Source of the DNA: Chloroflexota bacterium
GTDB lineage: Bacteria > Chloroflexota > Dehalococcoidia > Bin125
Reading direction: 5' to 3'
Assembly (NCBI GenBank): GCA_028875225.1
Contig: JAPPFB010000017.1
Coordinates: 81,920-145,919, forward strand
DNA: 64,000 bases
In this document: positions 18,569-30,275 of the stretch, one piece after another
Layout of the letters: each line of letters begins with the position of its first letter
How positions within the stretch are numbered: position 1 is the stretch's first letter
Notes under the pieces: model-generated
Databases searched by the model: none
The model's input: the letters and a program-made list of their open reading frames with translations, nothing else
Told to the model about the DNA's origin: nothing
Program-made: the position numbers and the translations under genes

Positions 18569-20437
18569 ATGTCAGTAGCGGAAGAAGTCAAGGCGAAGAT
18601 CGACATCGTCGATCTGATCGCCGCCGAGGTCCCGCTGAAGCGGAGCGGCTCCACGTTCAAGGCTCCCTGTCCCTTCCACGCCGAGAAGACGCCGTCATTC
18701 ATCGTCAATCCCGACCGCCAGACCTGGCATTGCTTCGGCGCCTGTTCCGAGGGCGGCGATGCATTCAGCTGGGAAATGAAGCGCCACAACGTCGATTTCC
18801 GCGAAGCGCTGCAACGTCTGGCGCAGCGGGCCGGCGTCCAGCTCAGGCCCCGTACCGACGAGCAAGTTCGCCGTGACGAGCAGCGTCAACGGCTGCTGCG
18901 CGCCAACGACTCTGCACTGCACTTCTGGCGGGGCCAGTTGCAGGACGCATCCACAGGACGAGACGCACAAGACTACTTGCGAGAACGCGGGATCTCGGCA
19001 GAATCGGCGCAACGGTTCAACCTTGGCCTCTCCGGTTCAGATCCCGACGCGCTCGTCCACCATCTCTCCGCGCGCGGCATCCATCCGGACGACGCCGCGG
19101 CGGCCGGGCTGATTCTGCAGGCGGAGAATGGTCCACGCGACCGCTTTCGCGACCGGCTCATGTTCCCAATTCGCAATGCCCGGGGCGAGACGGTTGGTTT
19201 TGGCGGCAGAACCCTGATTGGCGAGCCGGCCAAGTACGTCAACACGCCGGAATCCGACCTGTTCCGCAAGCGCGACCTCCTGTACGGCTTCGATCTCGCT
19301 CGCGGCGCCATTCGGGAGACTGGTTCCGTGATCATCGTTGAGGGCTACACCGACGTGATCAGCGCCCACGAGTTCGGCAGCCCCAACGCCGTCGCTTCGA
19401 TGGGGACCGCGTTGACGGAAACGCAGATCGGCTTGATCAAGCCGCTGGCCACCGATATCCGTCTGGCGCTCGATCCCGACGCCGCCGGGCGTGCGGCGGC
19501 ACGGCGCGGGATCGACACAGCGCGGGAGGCGCTGGGCACGGAGCAGCAGGTAGCTACCGACTTCCGCAGAGTCGGGACGCTGCAAAACCAGCTGACCAAC
19601 GACATTCGCATCATTCCCTTGCCGGAAGGGCGTGACCCCGATGATCTGATCCGCTCGGAGCCTGATCGCTGGCAGACGCTGGTCGATACGGCCCCGACCT
19701 TCCTCGATTGGCTCGTCGAGCACGCTCGCAGCCGACACAACCTCGACACGCCACGAGGCAGGGCAGACTTCCTCGATGAGCTGATGCCGACAGTTGGCTC
19801 GATTGGCCATGCGGTCCTACGTGAGGAATATCTCAGGCGGGTCGCCGCCTGGGCTCGTGTCGAACCTGAGTCATTGCTCAATCGACAGGCTCCACCGCGA
19901 CTTCGCGAATCGGGCGTTCGACACAGCGAGGCGCCTGCAATGCGGCGCCATGAAGACCGACAACAGACCTTCATTGTGCAGCTGGCCCTCGGCTACGAAT
20001 CGGCTCGAGATGCGCTGGAGCCAACCGACATTGAGCTGATCGAGGACACGGAAGACCGCGCGATTCTCAACGCCCGACTTGCGGCTGCCGACGACGCCTG
20101 GTCAGATCACCTGACCGAATCCGAGGATCGAATTGCGCGGCATCTGCGTGACGCGAAGCGACTTCCGCCCTACAGTGACGCGGAAGCCGGAGAGGCCATA
20201 CGCGATGCCGTCGGCCGAGTTCAACGCAAACGAAGCAAAGAAGGCCTTCGCCTGAAGAACATGGAGATCGGTGAGCGCGAACGCGAACTCGGCGTCGACG
20301 AGCTCGCCCGCGCCGCTGCCCAACTTGAGAATTCAGAAGCTTGCGACCCCGACCTGGTCGAGGCCGCTCATTCCGTTGTCCAGGCGCGTGATGCAGCTCG
20401 ACGTCTGCATCAACCGTCACCCGCCAGTACGGCCTGA
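18569..20437 (+). CDS. dnaG: DNA primase
   Basis: CHC2 zinc finger CPFHAEKTPSFIVNPDRQTWHCFGAC; TOPRIM IIVEGYTDVIS. ATG at 18569; the track ORF starts at an upstream TTG at 18518. Confidence 0.9.
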   Translation: MSVAEEVKAKIDIVDLIAAEVPLKRSGSTFKAPCPFHAEKTPSFIVNPDRQTWHCFGACSEGGDAFSWEMKRHNVDFREALQRLAQRAGVQLRPRTDEQVRRDEQRQRLLRANDSALHFWRGQLQDASTGRDAQDYLRERGISAESAQRFNLGLSGSDPDALVHHLSARGIHPDDAAAAGLILQAENGPRDRFRDRLMFPIRNARGETVGFGGRTLIGEPAKYVNTPESDLFRKRDLLYGFDLARGAIRETGSVIIVEGYTDVISAHEFGSPNAVASMGTALTETQIGLIKPLATDIRLALDPDAAGRAAARRGIDTAREALGTEQQVATDFRRVGTLQNQLTNDIRIIPLPEGRDPDDLIRSEPDRWQTLVDTAPTFLDWLVEHARSRHNLDTPRGRADFLDELMPTVGSIGHAVLREEYLRRVAAWARVEPESLLNRQAPPRLRESGVRHSEAPAMRRHEDRQQTFIVQLALGYESARDALEPTDIELIEDTEDRAILNARLAAADDAWSDHLTESEDRIARHLRDAKRLPPYSDAEAGEAIRDAVGRVQRKRSKEGLRLKNMEIGERERELGVDELARAAAQLENSEACDPDLVEAAHSVVQARDAARRLHQPSPASTA

Positions 20438-20497
20438 TTGCTTCAACGAACAGGTACACCACGCTGGGGGACCACGCTGAGAGAAGGGACCACGACC

Positions 20498-22633
<2,136 letters not shown>

Positions 22634-22654
22634 CTCGGCACTTCAGGCGCAACC

Positions 22655-23119
22655 ATGTGGCAAGACGTCGTCAATCTGCTCCGCCGCGTCGGCCTGCTCA
22701 GGCCGATGGAAGAGATGGCCGTGCGGCTGACGGGCTATTCGATCATGGGCCGGATGATCACCTGGAACGCGGGGGTTCCGTACGTCGACTCGCTGATGCT
22801 GCGTTCGGTGGGCGCGAAGTCGGGGGATCTGCGTGACGCCGTGCTGTTTTATGTGCCCGACGGCCAGAGCTGGGTGATCATCGGTTCGGTTGGCGGCGGT
22901 CCGAAGCATCCGGCCTGGGTTCACAACCTTCGGGCGAATCCGCACGCCTGGGTCTTTGTCGACCGCAGTCGACATCCGGTTGAGGCGGAGTTCCTTGAGG
23001 GTGACGAGCGGGAACGCCTGTGGTCGGCGGCGGCCGAGGTCTGGCCGCCCTACCTCCAGTACGCGGAACGGGCGCAGCCGCGAGTGATCGAAATCATCCG
23101 ACTCAATCGTTCCACTTGA
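22655..23119 (+). CDS. Deazaflavin (F420H2)-dependent nitroreductase family protein (DDN-like)
   Basis: PF04075-type signature GGGPKHPAWVHNLRANPHAWV. Confidence 0.75.
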   Translation: MWQDVVNLLRRVGLLRPMEEMAVRLTGYSIMGRMITWNAGVPYVDSLMLRSVGAKSGDLRDAVLFYVPDGQSWVIIGSVGGGPKHPAWVHNLRANPHAWVFVDRSRHPVEAEFLEGDERERLWSAAAEVWPPYLQYAERAQPRVIEIIRLNRST

Positions 23120-23148
23120 TCCCGGTTCCGTCGCTTCACGCGGCGATC

Positions 23149-23186
23149 TGGGTCTGGGCCCCGTGTCAAACACGGGGCATCGCGTA
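23149..23186. repeat. Family D REP-like hairpin (GTCTGGGCCCCGTG-tcaaa-CACGGGGCATCG)
   Basis: Between convergent DDN-like and LLM genes; copies at 25284, 27920 and 28053. Confidence 0.8.
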
Positions 23187-23210
23187 GGTGGCCGAATGGA
23201 CCAGACCTGG

Positions 23211-24131
23211 CTACAGCGCCGGCGCCAGCGAACCGAGGAACTCTTCGGTGCGTGTACGTTCGTCTTCGGAACCGAAGACGACACCGACAAAGTCGGTCGT
23301 GCCGGCGTCCTTGAGTTGACGCAGCTGCGTCTCGATCTGTTCCTCGGTGCCGAGGATTGCGACGTCTTCAGGGTGGGCCGCGCCCTGCTTGTCCAGCATT
23401 GAGCGGTAGGACGGCAGTCGCTCGTAGTTGGCGAACTGCTCGGCAGCTGTGGCACGCGCGGCGTCGACGTTGGAACTGAGCATGACCGGCAGTCCGACGA
23501 CGATGCGGGCATGGGGCCGGCCGGCGTCGTCGGCGGCGGCGTTCATCGTCGGGGCGATGTATGACTCGACGACGCTGGCGGCGGTCATCCAGAGGATGGT
23601 GCCGTCGGTGCGGGCGCCGGCGAGGCGAAGCATCGCGGGACCCATGGCGGCGAGCATGCAGGAGACAGGCTTCTCGGCGTCGGGGATGTCGAGGCTGACC
23701 TGGCCGCGATAGTGTTCGCCATCGGTCTGGACCGCCTCGCCGTTGAGGAGCGGGAGCAGGACATCGAGGTACTCCTTCATGTGCCGGGCGGGGCGGTCGA
23801 AGGAGTAGCCGAACATGTTCTCGATCACGATCTTGTGCGAGAGGCCGATGCCCATGACGAATCGCTTGCCTCCGGCTGCGGCCTGGACGGTGAGCGCCTG
23901 CTGGGCCATTGCGTGCGGATGTCGCGGATAGGTCGGGACCACTGCGGTCATCAGCTCGATCCGCTCGGTTTGCGCTCCGGCGAGCGTGAGCGCGCCCATG
24001 GCGTCGTGGGAGAAGATGTTGGCCATGCCGAAAGTGGAGAATCCGGCCGCCTCGGCCGATTGGGCCTGCTCGACGATGCTCTGCACGCTGGGCGCCGGTC
24101 CGGCGCCGCCGATGAAGATGCCAATTTGCAT
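23211..24131 (-). CDS. LLM-class (luciferase-like) F420-dependent oxidoreductase
   Basis: Luciferase-like TIM-barrel sequence (MQIGIFIGG...ELMTAVVPTYPRHP...GIGLSHK). Confidence 0.75.
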   Translation of the reverse strand: MQIGIFIGGAGPAPSVQSIVEQAQSAEAAGFSTFGMANIFSHDAMGALTLAGAQTERIELMTAVVPTYPRHPHAMAQQALTVQAAAGGKRFVMGIGLSHKIVIENMFGYSFDRPARHMKEYLDVLLPLLNGEAVQTDGEHYRGQVSLDIPDAEKPVSCMLAAMGPAMLRLAGARTDGTILWMTAASVVESYIAPTMNAAADDAGRPHARIVVGLPVMLSSNVDAARATAAEQFANYERLPSYRSMLDKQGAAHPEDVAILGTEEQIETQLRQLKDAGTTDFVGVVFGSEDERTRTEEFLGSLAPAL

Positions 24132-24155
24132 GTCATGCCTCCCTGGTGGGATTCG

Positions 24156-25144
24156 CTATGAGGGACGCACGAGGATGCGTCCGCGGACGCCGCCGGCGAG
24201 GATTTTCGCGGCTGCGTCGGGGACTTCTTCGAGTCCGATGCGTGACTCAACGAGGTCGAGCAAGTTGCGGTTGCGGAAGTCCTCGGCCATGCGCGACCAG
24301 AGGCGAGGGCGGTCGTCGCTGGGCCAGTAGACGGACTCGATGCCGACCAGGGCGACGCCGCGCAGGATGAAGGGCATCACGTTGGTCTCGACGCCAACGC
24401 CGCCGGTCAGTCCGGACAGCGCCACGACGCCTCCGTACTTGGTCTGCCTGAGGATCGACGCCGAGGTCGAGCCGCCGACGGGGTCGACGGCGGCCGCCCA
24501 ACGCTCGCGCTCGATCGGACGCCGAGATTCGGCGGCCAGCTCTTCGCGGTCGAGGATTTCCGTTGCTCCGAGCGCCCGCAGGAAGTCGTGCTCAGCGGAC
24601 TTGCCGGTGCTGGCGTGGACCTCGTAGCCGCGGGCGGCGAGCATGGCCACGGCGGTTGAGCCGACGCCGCCCGTCGCGCCGCTGACGATCACGGGCCCGG
24701 CGTCGGGTCCGACGCCACCTTTCTCGATCACATCGACCGACATGGCGGCAGTGATTCCGGCGGTGCCCAGGACCATCGCTTCTTCAGACGTCATGCCATC
24801 GGGCAGCGGCGCCAGCCAGTCGGCCGGCACGCGGACTCGCTCGGCGTACCCGCCCGGATGGGCGGTACCGAGGTCGTAGCCGGTGGCCACGACCGAATCA
24901 CCCGCCGAGTAGCGAGAATCTGAGGACTCCAGCACCGTGCCGGCGAAGTCGATGCCGATCGTCATCGGGTACTTGAAGACGACGCGGCCGTTTGGCGTGC
25001 AGGCGAGGCCGTCCTTGTAGTTCAGGTCGGACCACTCGACGGCCACCGTGACATCGCCTTCGGGCAGCGATGATTCCTCCAGCGTCTGCACCGACGCGGT
25101 GAAGTCGTCCTCGTCCTTGTTGACCACAAACGCTCGAAAACTCA
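24156..25144 (-). CDS. NADPH:quinone oxidoreductase, YhdH/AcuI family (MDR superfamily)
   Basis: LNYKDGLA motif; GATGGVGSTAV Rossmann. GTG start at 25144 with AGGAGA SD. The longer track ORF (to 25463) reads through an intergenic repeat array and is rejected. Confidence 0.8.
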
Positions 25145-25283
25145 CGGGGTCTCCTGTCTCATCGGTTGCAGTCAGGCTAGGTGGGAGTCTAGGTGCGGGG
25201 AAGGGTACGGGCTGGTGGGCGAGTGGCAAGCTCTTGATGATGGGCTCGGCGAGGGGGACTTCGACCTGCGAGCGAGGATCGAC

Positions 25284-25400
25284 GTCTGGGCCCCGCATCA
25301 AGTGCGGGGCATCGGAGTTGGGGGCGAGAGTGCGGGGCATCGGAGAGGAAGGAGTGCGAGGCATCGGAACGGGGGATGGGGGAGTGTGTGGGGAGGGGGC
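25284..25400. repeat. Family D hairpin followed by a degenerate tandem array of its 3' half (AGTGCGGGGCATCGGAG, three copies, period ~27)
   Basis: gtctgggccccgcatcaagtgcggggcatcggag, then agtgcggggcatcggag, then agtgcgaggcatcggaa, within a G-rich spacer. Confidence 0.75.
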
Positions 25401-25496
25401 GGGAGGTGGGGAAATGATGGTCGGTGCGGACCGCTGCGAGATGGCCGCGGCGAGCGCGGCCATGACGGAACCAGGGTGCGGGGATGGCGGTAGGGG

Positions 25497-26336
25497 CTAA
25501 TGGAGGCGGGCGGCGAGCATGGGGTTGGCGGTCTGGGGATCTGATTCGGCTCCGTCGTGGAGTTCGTGGCGGACGACGACTCCCTCGGCGCTGAAATCGA
25601 CGATGGTGGCTCCACCGGAGTGGCGCGGTGCGCCGGGGTAGTAGGCCGGGACGGTGCCGTCTCCGACGCCTTCGTGGACGTCGATGTGGCCGAGCGCGAC
25701 GTAGTCGGCGCCGAGCGACTGAATTTCTGAGGAGTGAATCTGGTAGGAGTAGCGCGATTCGCCAGTGCCGACGTAGTAGCCGTGGGCCATGGCCACGCGC
25801 CAGACGTACTGGCCGGAGCCGTTGGCCCAGGCGGGCATTGCGGAGGCGGGTGAGAAGTCGTTGTAGCTCTCGTGCGCCTGGCCCCAGAACTGGACGCCGT
25901 GCTCTTCGAGCAGGATCAACTCGCCCTCGGCCGAGGCGATGATGTGCACGTTGGACGGAAAGGCGTCGGCGAACTTCTGGTAGATGCCGTCGGGCATGTG
26001 CGGGTCGTGGTTTCCGGGGAGGACGACGACGGGCCGGCCGACGGCCTCCATCAGTTCCCCCGTGACTTCGACGTAGGGTCGCTTGACGCGGACGTGATCG
26101 AAGAAGTCGCCGGCGATGGCGACGACGTCGACATCGGCCTCAACACCGAGTTCCAGCACGTGCTGGAAGGCCTTGAGCGCCGGCTCCAGCGTTTCCGAGC
26201 CGTCGCGTTCGGTCTTACAGGGCTGCGAGGTGTAGGCGCCCAGGTGGACGTCGGAGGTGTGCAGCATCCGCAGCGGGCGAACCTCCTCCGTGACCTCCGA
26301 CAACCCGGCTCGCGGCGAATAAACGTCAGTACTCAT
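25497..26336 (-). CDS. Calcineurin-like metallophosphoesterase (SbcD/DNA-repair-exonuclease-like)
   Basis: MPE motifs HTSDVHLG, GDFFD, GNHD; start could be ATG at 26336 or 26264. Confidence 0.75.
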   Translation of the reverse strand: MSTDVYSPRAGLSEVTEEVRPLRMLHTSDVHLGAYTSQPCKTERDGSETLEPALKAFQHVLELGVEADVDVVAIAGDFFDHVRVKRPYVEVTGELMEAVGRPVVVLPGNHDPHMPDGIYQKFADAFPSNVHIIASAEGELILLEEHGVQFWGQAHESYNDFSPASAMPAWANGSGQYVWRVAMAHGYYVGTGESRYSYQIHSSEIQSLGADYVALGHIDVHEGVGDGTVPAYYPGAPRHSGGATIVDFSAEGVVVRHELHDGAESDPQTANPMLAARLH

Positions 26337-26420
26337 GCAGCGCACGCATCCCCGGCACCGCTCCCGCACGGCGCAATGCTCCTCGCAGACTAGCAGCAGA
26401 CCGGGATTACACTGAGCGTC

Positions 26421-27899
26421 ATGACCACTGAAACCACCACCGAATTCGAGACCGTGATCGGTCTCGAAGTGCACTGCCAGTTGCGCACGCAGAGCAAGAT
26501 GTTCTGCCGCTGTCCGGCCGATTACGCCTCAGCCGAGCCGAACACCTACGTCTGCCCGCTCTGCCTGGGCATGCCGGGGACACTGCCGGTGATTAACCGG
26601 ACGGCGGTCGAATGGACGATCCGCACGGCGCTCGCGCTGAACATGACGATTCCCGAGTTGTCGAAGTTCGACCGCAAGAACTATCCCTACCCCGACCTGA
26701 TGAAGGGCTACCAGATTTCGCAGTACGACATGCCGCTGTCGGAGGGCGGCTGGATGGATGTCGAGACGGAGGAGCTGGGCAAGCGGCGGATTGGGATTAC
26801 CAGGGTTCACCTGGAGGAAGACACGGCGCGGCTGCTGCATCGGGAGAACGAGGCGGGCGAGCGCTTCTCGCTGGTCGACGTCAACCGCTCGGGCGTGCCG
26901 CTGATGGAGATTGTCTCGGAGCCGGACATGCGCTCAGCGGACGAGGCGCGCTCGTACCTGGTGCAGCTCCGGCAGATCCTGCGCTACCTCGGAGTTTCGA
27001 CCGCAGACATGGAGAAGGGTTCGTTCCGCTGCGACGCAAACGTCTCGCTGCGGCCGGTTGGTTCGTCAGAGCTGGGCGCCAAGGTCGAGATCAAGAACAT
27101 GAACTCGTTCCGCGGCGTGCACAGCGCGCTCGAGCATGAGGTCAAGCGGCAGGCGGACGTGCTGCGCTCGGGCGGCACGATCGACCAGGAGACGCGCGGC
27201 TGGGATGAGGACCGGCAGATCACGTTGTCACAGCGCTCGAAGGAAGAGGCGCACGACTACCGCTACTTCCCCGAGCCCGATCTGCCACCGCTCTCGATCA
27301 CCAGTGAAGAGGTCGAGGCGCTGCGCAGCCAGCTTCCCGAACTGCCGGAGGATCGGCGGGCCAGGTTCAAGTCCGACTACGGTCTCGGCGAGTTCGAAGC
27401 CAACCTGCTGACCGAGGAGCCGTCGCGCGCGGACTACTTCGACCAGACGGTTGCGGCGCTCAAGGACTCGTCCAACGCCAGAGAGGCGGCGAACTGGATC
27501 ACCGGCGACCTGTTCGCGCAGATCAACAAGGATCCGTCGCATCCCGATCTCGAGAACCAGCCGATCCGGCCGGAGCAGATTGCGGAGCTGGTCGGGCTGA
27601 TCGTCGGCGGCGACATCTCGCGCAGCCAGGCGAGAACGGTCTTCGAGTCGATGTACGAGAGCGGCGACGCGCCAGCGGACATCGTGAAGGCAAAGGGGCT
27701 GACGCAGATCAGCGGCGAGGATGCGCTATCGCCGATCATCAGCCAGGTGATCGGCGATAACCCGGACGCGGTTGAGGATTATCGGTCGGGGAAAGAGGCG
27801 GCGCTGAAGTTCCTGGTCGGTCAGGTGATGCGGCATTCTCGCGGTCAGGCGAATCCGGCGCAGGCGTCGGAGTTGTTGGTGTCGGCGTTGAGCGAGTAG
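26421..27899 (+). CDS. gatB: Asp-tRNA(Asn)/Glu-tRNA(Gln) amidotransferase subunit B
   Basis: ETVIGLEVHCQL N-terminus; GatB/YqeY C-terminal domain; no gatA or gatC adjacent. Confidence 0.93.
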   Translation: MTTETTTEFETVIGLEVHCQLRTQSKMFCRCPADYASAEPNTYVCPLCLGMPGTLPVINRTAVEWTIRTALALNMTIPELSKFDRKNYPYPDLMKGYQISQYDMPLSEGGWMDVETEELGKRRIGITRVHLEEDTARLLHRENEAGERFSLVDVNRSGVPLMEIVSEPDMRSADEARSYLVQLRQILRYLGVSTADMEKGSFRCDANVSLRPVGSSELGAKVEIKNMNSFRGVHSALEHEVKRQADVLRSGGTIDQETRGWDEDRQITLSQRSKEEAHDYRYFPEPDLPPLSITSEEVEALRSQLPELPEDRRARFKSDYGLGEFEANLLTEEPSRADYFDQTVAALKDSSNAREAANWITGDLFAQINKDPSHPDLENQPIRPEQIAELVGLIVGGDISRSQARTVFESMYESGDAPADIVKAKGLTQISGEDALSPIISQVIGDNPDAVEDYRSGKEAALKFLVGQVMRHSRGQANPAQASELLVSALSE

Positions 27900-27919
27900 C
27901 AGAGCCTTGCCCCTCTGAT

Positions 27920-28120
27920 TCGATGCCCCGTGCTTGACACGGGGCCCAGAGCACGTCGCTTTACTCGCGAGGCGGCGATGCACCTTGCACAGCCTTTGAT
28001 AGCGGGATCCGTCCGAGACGAGAAGCTACTCTCATCCGCGCTCGTCGGCTGAGGTCTGGGCCCCGTGTCAAGCACGGGGCATCGCGAGCATGGGCATCGG
28101 GAGCACGGGGTATCGGGATG
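27920..28120. repeat. Inverted pair of Family D hairpins flanking about 100 nt (MITE-like), plus trailing half-repeats
   Basis: 27920-27951 is the reverse complement of 28053-28086 (31 of 32 nt); lies between convergent gatB and AKR paralog 1. Confidence 0.75.
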
Positions 28121-28153
28121 GAGTGGTCGTTTGCGTCGATGGTCGTCGATGCG

Positions 28154-29173
28154 CTAGCGGCGCATGGCGGCGACTCTTGGGTTGTGGATGATCTGCGGGG
28201 TGTTCTGGTAGGTGGGGACGCCGACGTCGTCGAAGATCTGGTTGATTCCGCTTCGGATTTCCTCGGTCAGTTTCCAGTCGGTGGCGGCGACGTTCTCCTC
28301 GAGTTCTCGCTCGTTTCGCATCCCGACGAGGGCGCAGGAGACTCCGGGATGGTCGAGGACCCAGGCGAGCGCGAGCTGGGCAACGGTCTTGCCGTAGCCG
28401 TCGGCGAATTGGGCGAGTCGGTTGCAGACTTCGACTTCGCGGCGGAAGTGCTCACGCTCGAACAGGGGCAGGTTGAAGGCGAGCGGGTTGCGACGCCAGT
28501 CGCCCTCTTCGAAGGTGTGCTCGGGCGTGAAGGCTCCGGTCAGCAGGCCAAAGGCGAGTGAGCCGTAGGACATGAAGCCGACTCCGTTGGCCATGCACCA
28601 GGGCAGGACTCGGGCCTCCATGCGCCGATCGAACATGTGGTATCCGATCTGGTTGGCCGTGATGTGTCCGTACCGCTCGCATTCCTGCATCAGGTCGATG
28701 TCGTAGTTCGAGACGCCATAGTGTCGAATCTTGCCGCTCTGCTTCAGTTCTTCGAGGGCCTCCATCGTTTCCTCGATCGGCGTGTCGAAGTCGGGCCAGT
28801 GGATCAGGAGCAGGTCCAGATAGTCCGTGTTCAGACGCCGGAGACAGCCCTCCGCGCACTCGATGACGTTCTGCTTCGACGAGTTGAGTCCCGTCATGGT
28901 CGGCGTGTCGTCGAAATCGAATCCGACTTTGGTGACGAGGATGATCTCGTTGCGCCGGCTGCCGAGCGCTCTGGCGAGTAGTTCTTCCGAGAGAAAGGGT
29001 CCGTAGCCTTCGGCGGTGTCGAAGAGGGTGATGCCGCGGTCGATGGCCATGTTGACGGCGCGGGAGGCCTCGTCGACGTCGATATGGCCGTACATCGTCG
29101 TGCTCATCTCCCAGGTGCCGAAGCCGACCGCGGAGGAGACGAGATCTGTGTTGCCGAATCGTCGCTGTTCCAT
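28154..29173 (-). CDS. Aldo/keto reductase (paralog 1 of 3)
   Basis: AKR fold: FGTWEM, IDRGITLFDTAEGYG, IHWPD, GVSNYD; tandem with two paralogs. Confidence 0.88.
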   Translation of the reverse strand: MEQRRFGNTDLVSSAVGFGTWEMSTTMYGHIDVDEASRAVNMAIDRGITLFDTAEGYGPFLSEELLARALGSRRNEIILVTKVGFDFDDTPTMTGLNSSKQNVIECAEGCLRRLNTDYLDLLLIHWPDFDTPIEETMEALEELKQSGKIRHYGVSNYDIDLMQECERYGHITANQIGYHMFDRRMEARVLPWCMANGVGFMSYGSLAFGLLTGAFTPEHTFEEGDWRRNPLAFNLPLFEREHFRREVEVCNRLAQFADGYGKTVAQLALAWVLDHPGVSCALVGMRNERELEENVAATDWKLTEEIRSGINQIFDDVGVPTYQNTPQIIHNPRVAAMRR

Positions 29174-29188
29174 CGTCGTTGCCGAACC

Positions 29189-30178
29189 TCAGATCGCCTG
29201 AGGGGCGTTCTGGTAGGTCGGGACTCCGACTTCTTCGAAGATCTCGTTGATTGCGTTGCGGATCTCCTCGTTGAGTTTCCAGTCGGTGGCGGCGACGTTT
29301 TCCTCGAGTTCTCGCTCGTTTCTCATGCCGACGAGGGCGCAAGAGACGGCGGGATGGTCGAGTACCCAGGCGAGGGCGAGTTGGGCGACGGTCTTGTTGT
29401 AGCCGTCGGCGAGTTCGACGAGGCGGTTGGTGACTTCGACTTCTTTGCGGAAATGCTCCTCCTGGAAGAGGGGGAGGTTGAAGGCCATGCCGCTGCGCCG
29501 CCAGTCGCCCTCTTCGAAGGTGGTGTCGGGCGTGAAGGCGCCGGTCAGCAGGCCGAAGCCGAGCGAGCCATAGGCCATGTAGCCGACGCCGTTGGCGAGA
29601 CACCAGGGCAGGACGCGCGATTCCATGCGGCGGTCGAACATGTTGTAGCCGACCTGGTTGGCGGCGATGTGTCCGTACTGCTCGCACTCTTCCATCATGT
29701 CGATGTTGAAGTTGGAGACGCCGTAGTGTCGGATTTTGCCGCTCTGCTTGAGTTCTTCGAGGCCCTCCATCGTTTCCTCGATCGGCGTGTCGTGATCGGG
29801 CCAGTGGATCAGCATCAGGTCGACGAAGTCGGTGTTGAGGCGGCGAAGACAATCATCCGTGTGCTCGATGATGTGTGCCTTCTTCGAGTTGCGGCCGATC
29901 ACCTTGGGCGTGTCGTCGTAGTCGAAGCCAACCTTGGTCACGAGCACGATTTCGTTGCGGCGGTTGCCGAGCGCTTTGGCCAGCAGCTCCTCGGAGTGGT
30001 AGGGGCCGTAGACCTCGGCGGTGTCGAAGAGGGTGATGCCGCGGTCGATTGCCATGTTGACGGCGCGAGCGGCCTCATCGACGTCGATGTGGCCGTACAT
30101 GGTGGTGCTCATCTCCCAGGTGCCGAAGCCGACGGCCGAGGCGACCAGGTCGGTGTTGCCGAATTGTCGTTGTTCCAT
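29189..30178 (-). CDS. Aldo/keto reductase (paralog 2 of 3)
   Basis: About 85-90% aa identity to paralog 1 by eye. Confidence 0.88.
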   Translation of the reverse strand: MEQRQFGNTDLVASAVGFGTWEMSTTMYGHIDVDEAARAVNMAIDRGITLFDTAEVYGPYHSEELLAKALGNRRNEIVLVTKVGFDYDDTPKVIGRNSKKAHIIEHTDDCLRRLNTDFVDLMLIHWPDHDTPIEETMEGLEELKQSGKIRHYGVSNFNIDMMEECEQYGHIAANQVGYNMFDRRMESRVLPWCLANGVGYMAYGSLGFGLLTGAFTPDTTFEEGDWRRSGMAFNLPLFQEEHFRKEVEVTNRLVELADGYNKTVAQLALAWVLDHPAVSCALVGMRNERELEENVAATDWKLNEEIRNAINEIFEEVGVPTYQNAPQAI

Positions 30179-30218
30179 AGTGTTCCTTGGTGGGTGATGG
30201 TGGGTTGGACTGGGCCGG

Positions 30219-30272
30219 AAGGGACCCCCTCAGCCTTCGGCAGCTCCCCCTGCAAGGGGGAGCCGGGAGGTG
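30219..30272 (-). repeat. Family A hairpin element between AKR paralogs 3 and 2
   Basis: Reverse complement reads CTCCCCC-ttgc-AGGGGGAG + ctGCCGAAGGC + tGAGGGGGTCCC; same orientation as the flanking minus-strand genes. Confidence 0.75.
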
Positions 30273-30275
30273 GAC

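Noticed and set aside
25284-25400. Possible CRISPR array (regularly spaced GTGCGGGGCATCGGAG repeats)
   Set aside because: Repeat unit is only 17 nt, the copies are degenerate, spacers are about 10 nt and G-rich, and there are no cas genes nearby. Interpreted as slippage of a REP-like element.
25145-25463. 5' extension of the YhdH-type oxidoreductase ORF (track 24156..25463)
   Set aside because: Reads through the Family D tandem repeat array, giving Pro/Ser-rich low-complexity sequence. The YhdH core starts at the GTG at 25144, which has an AGGAGA SD.
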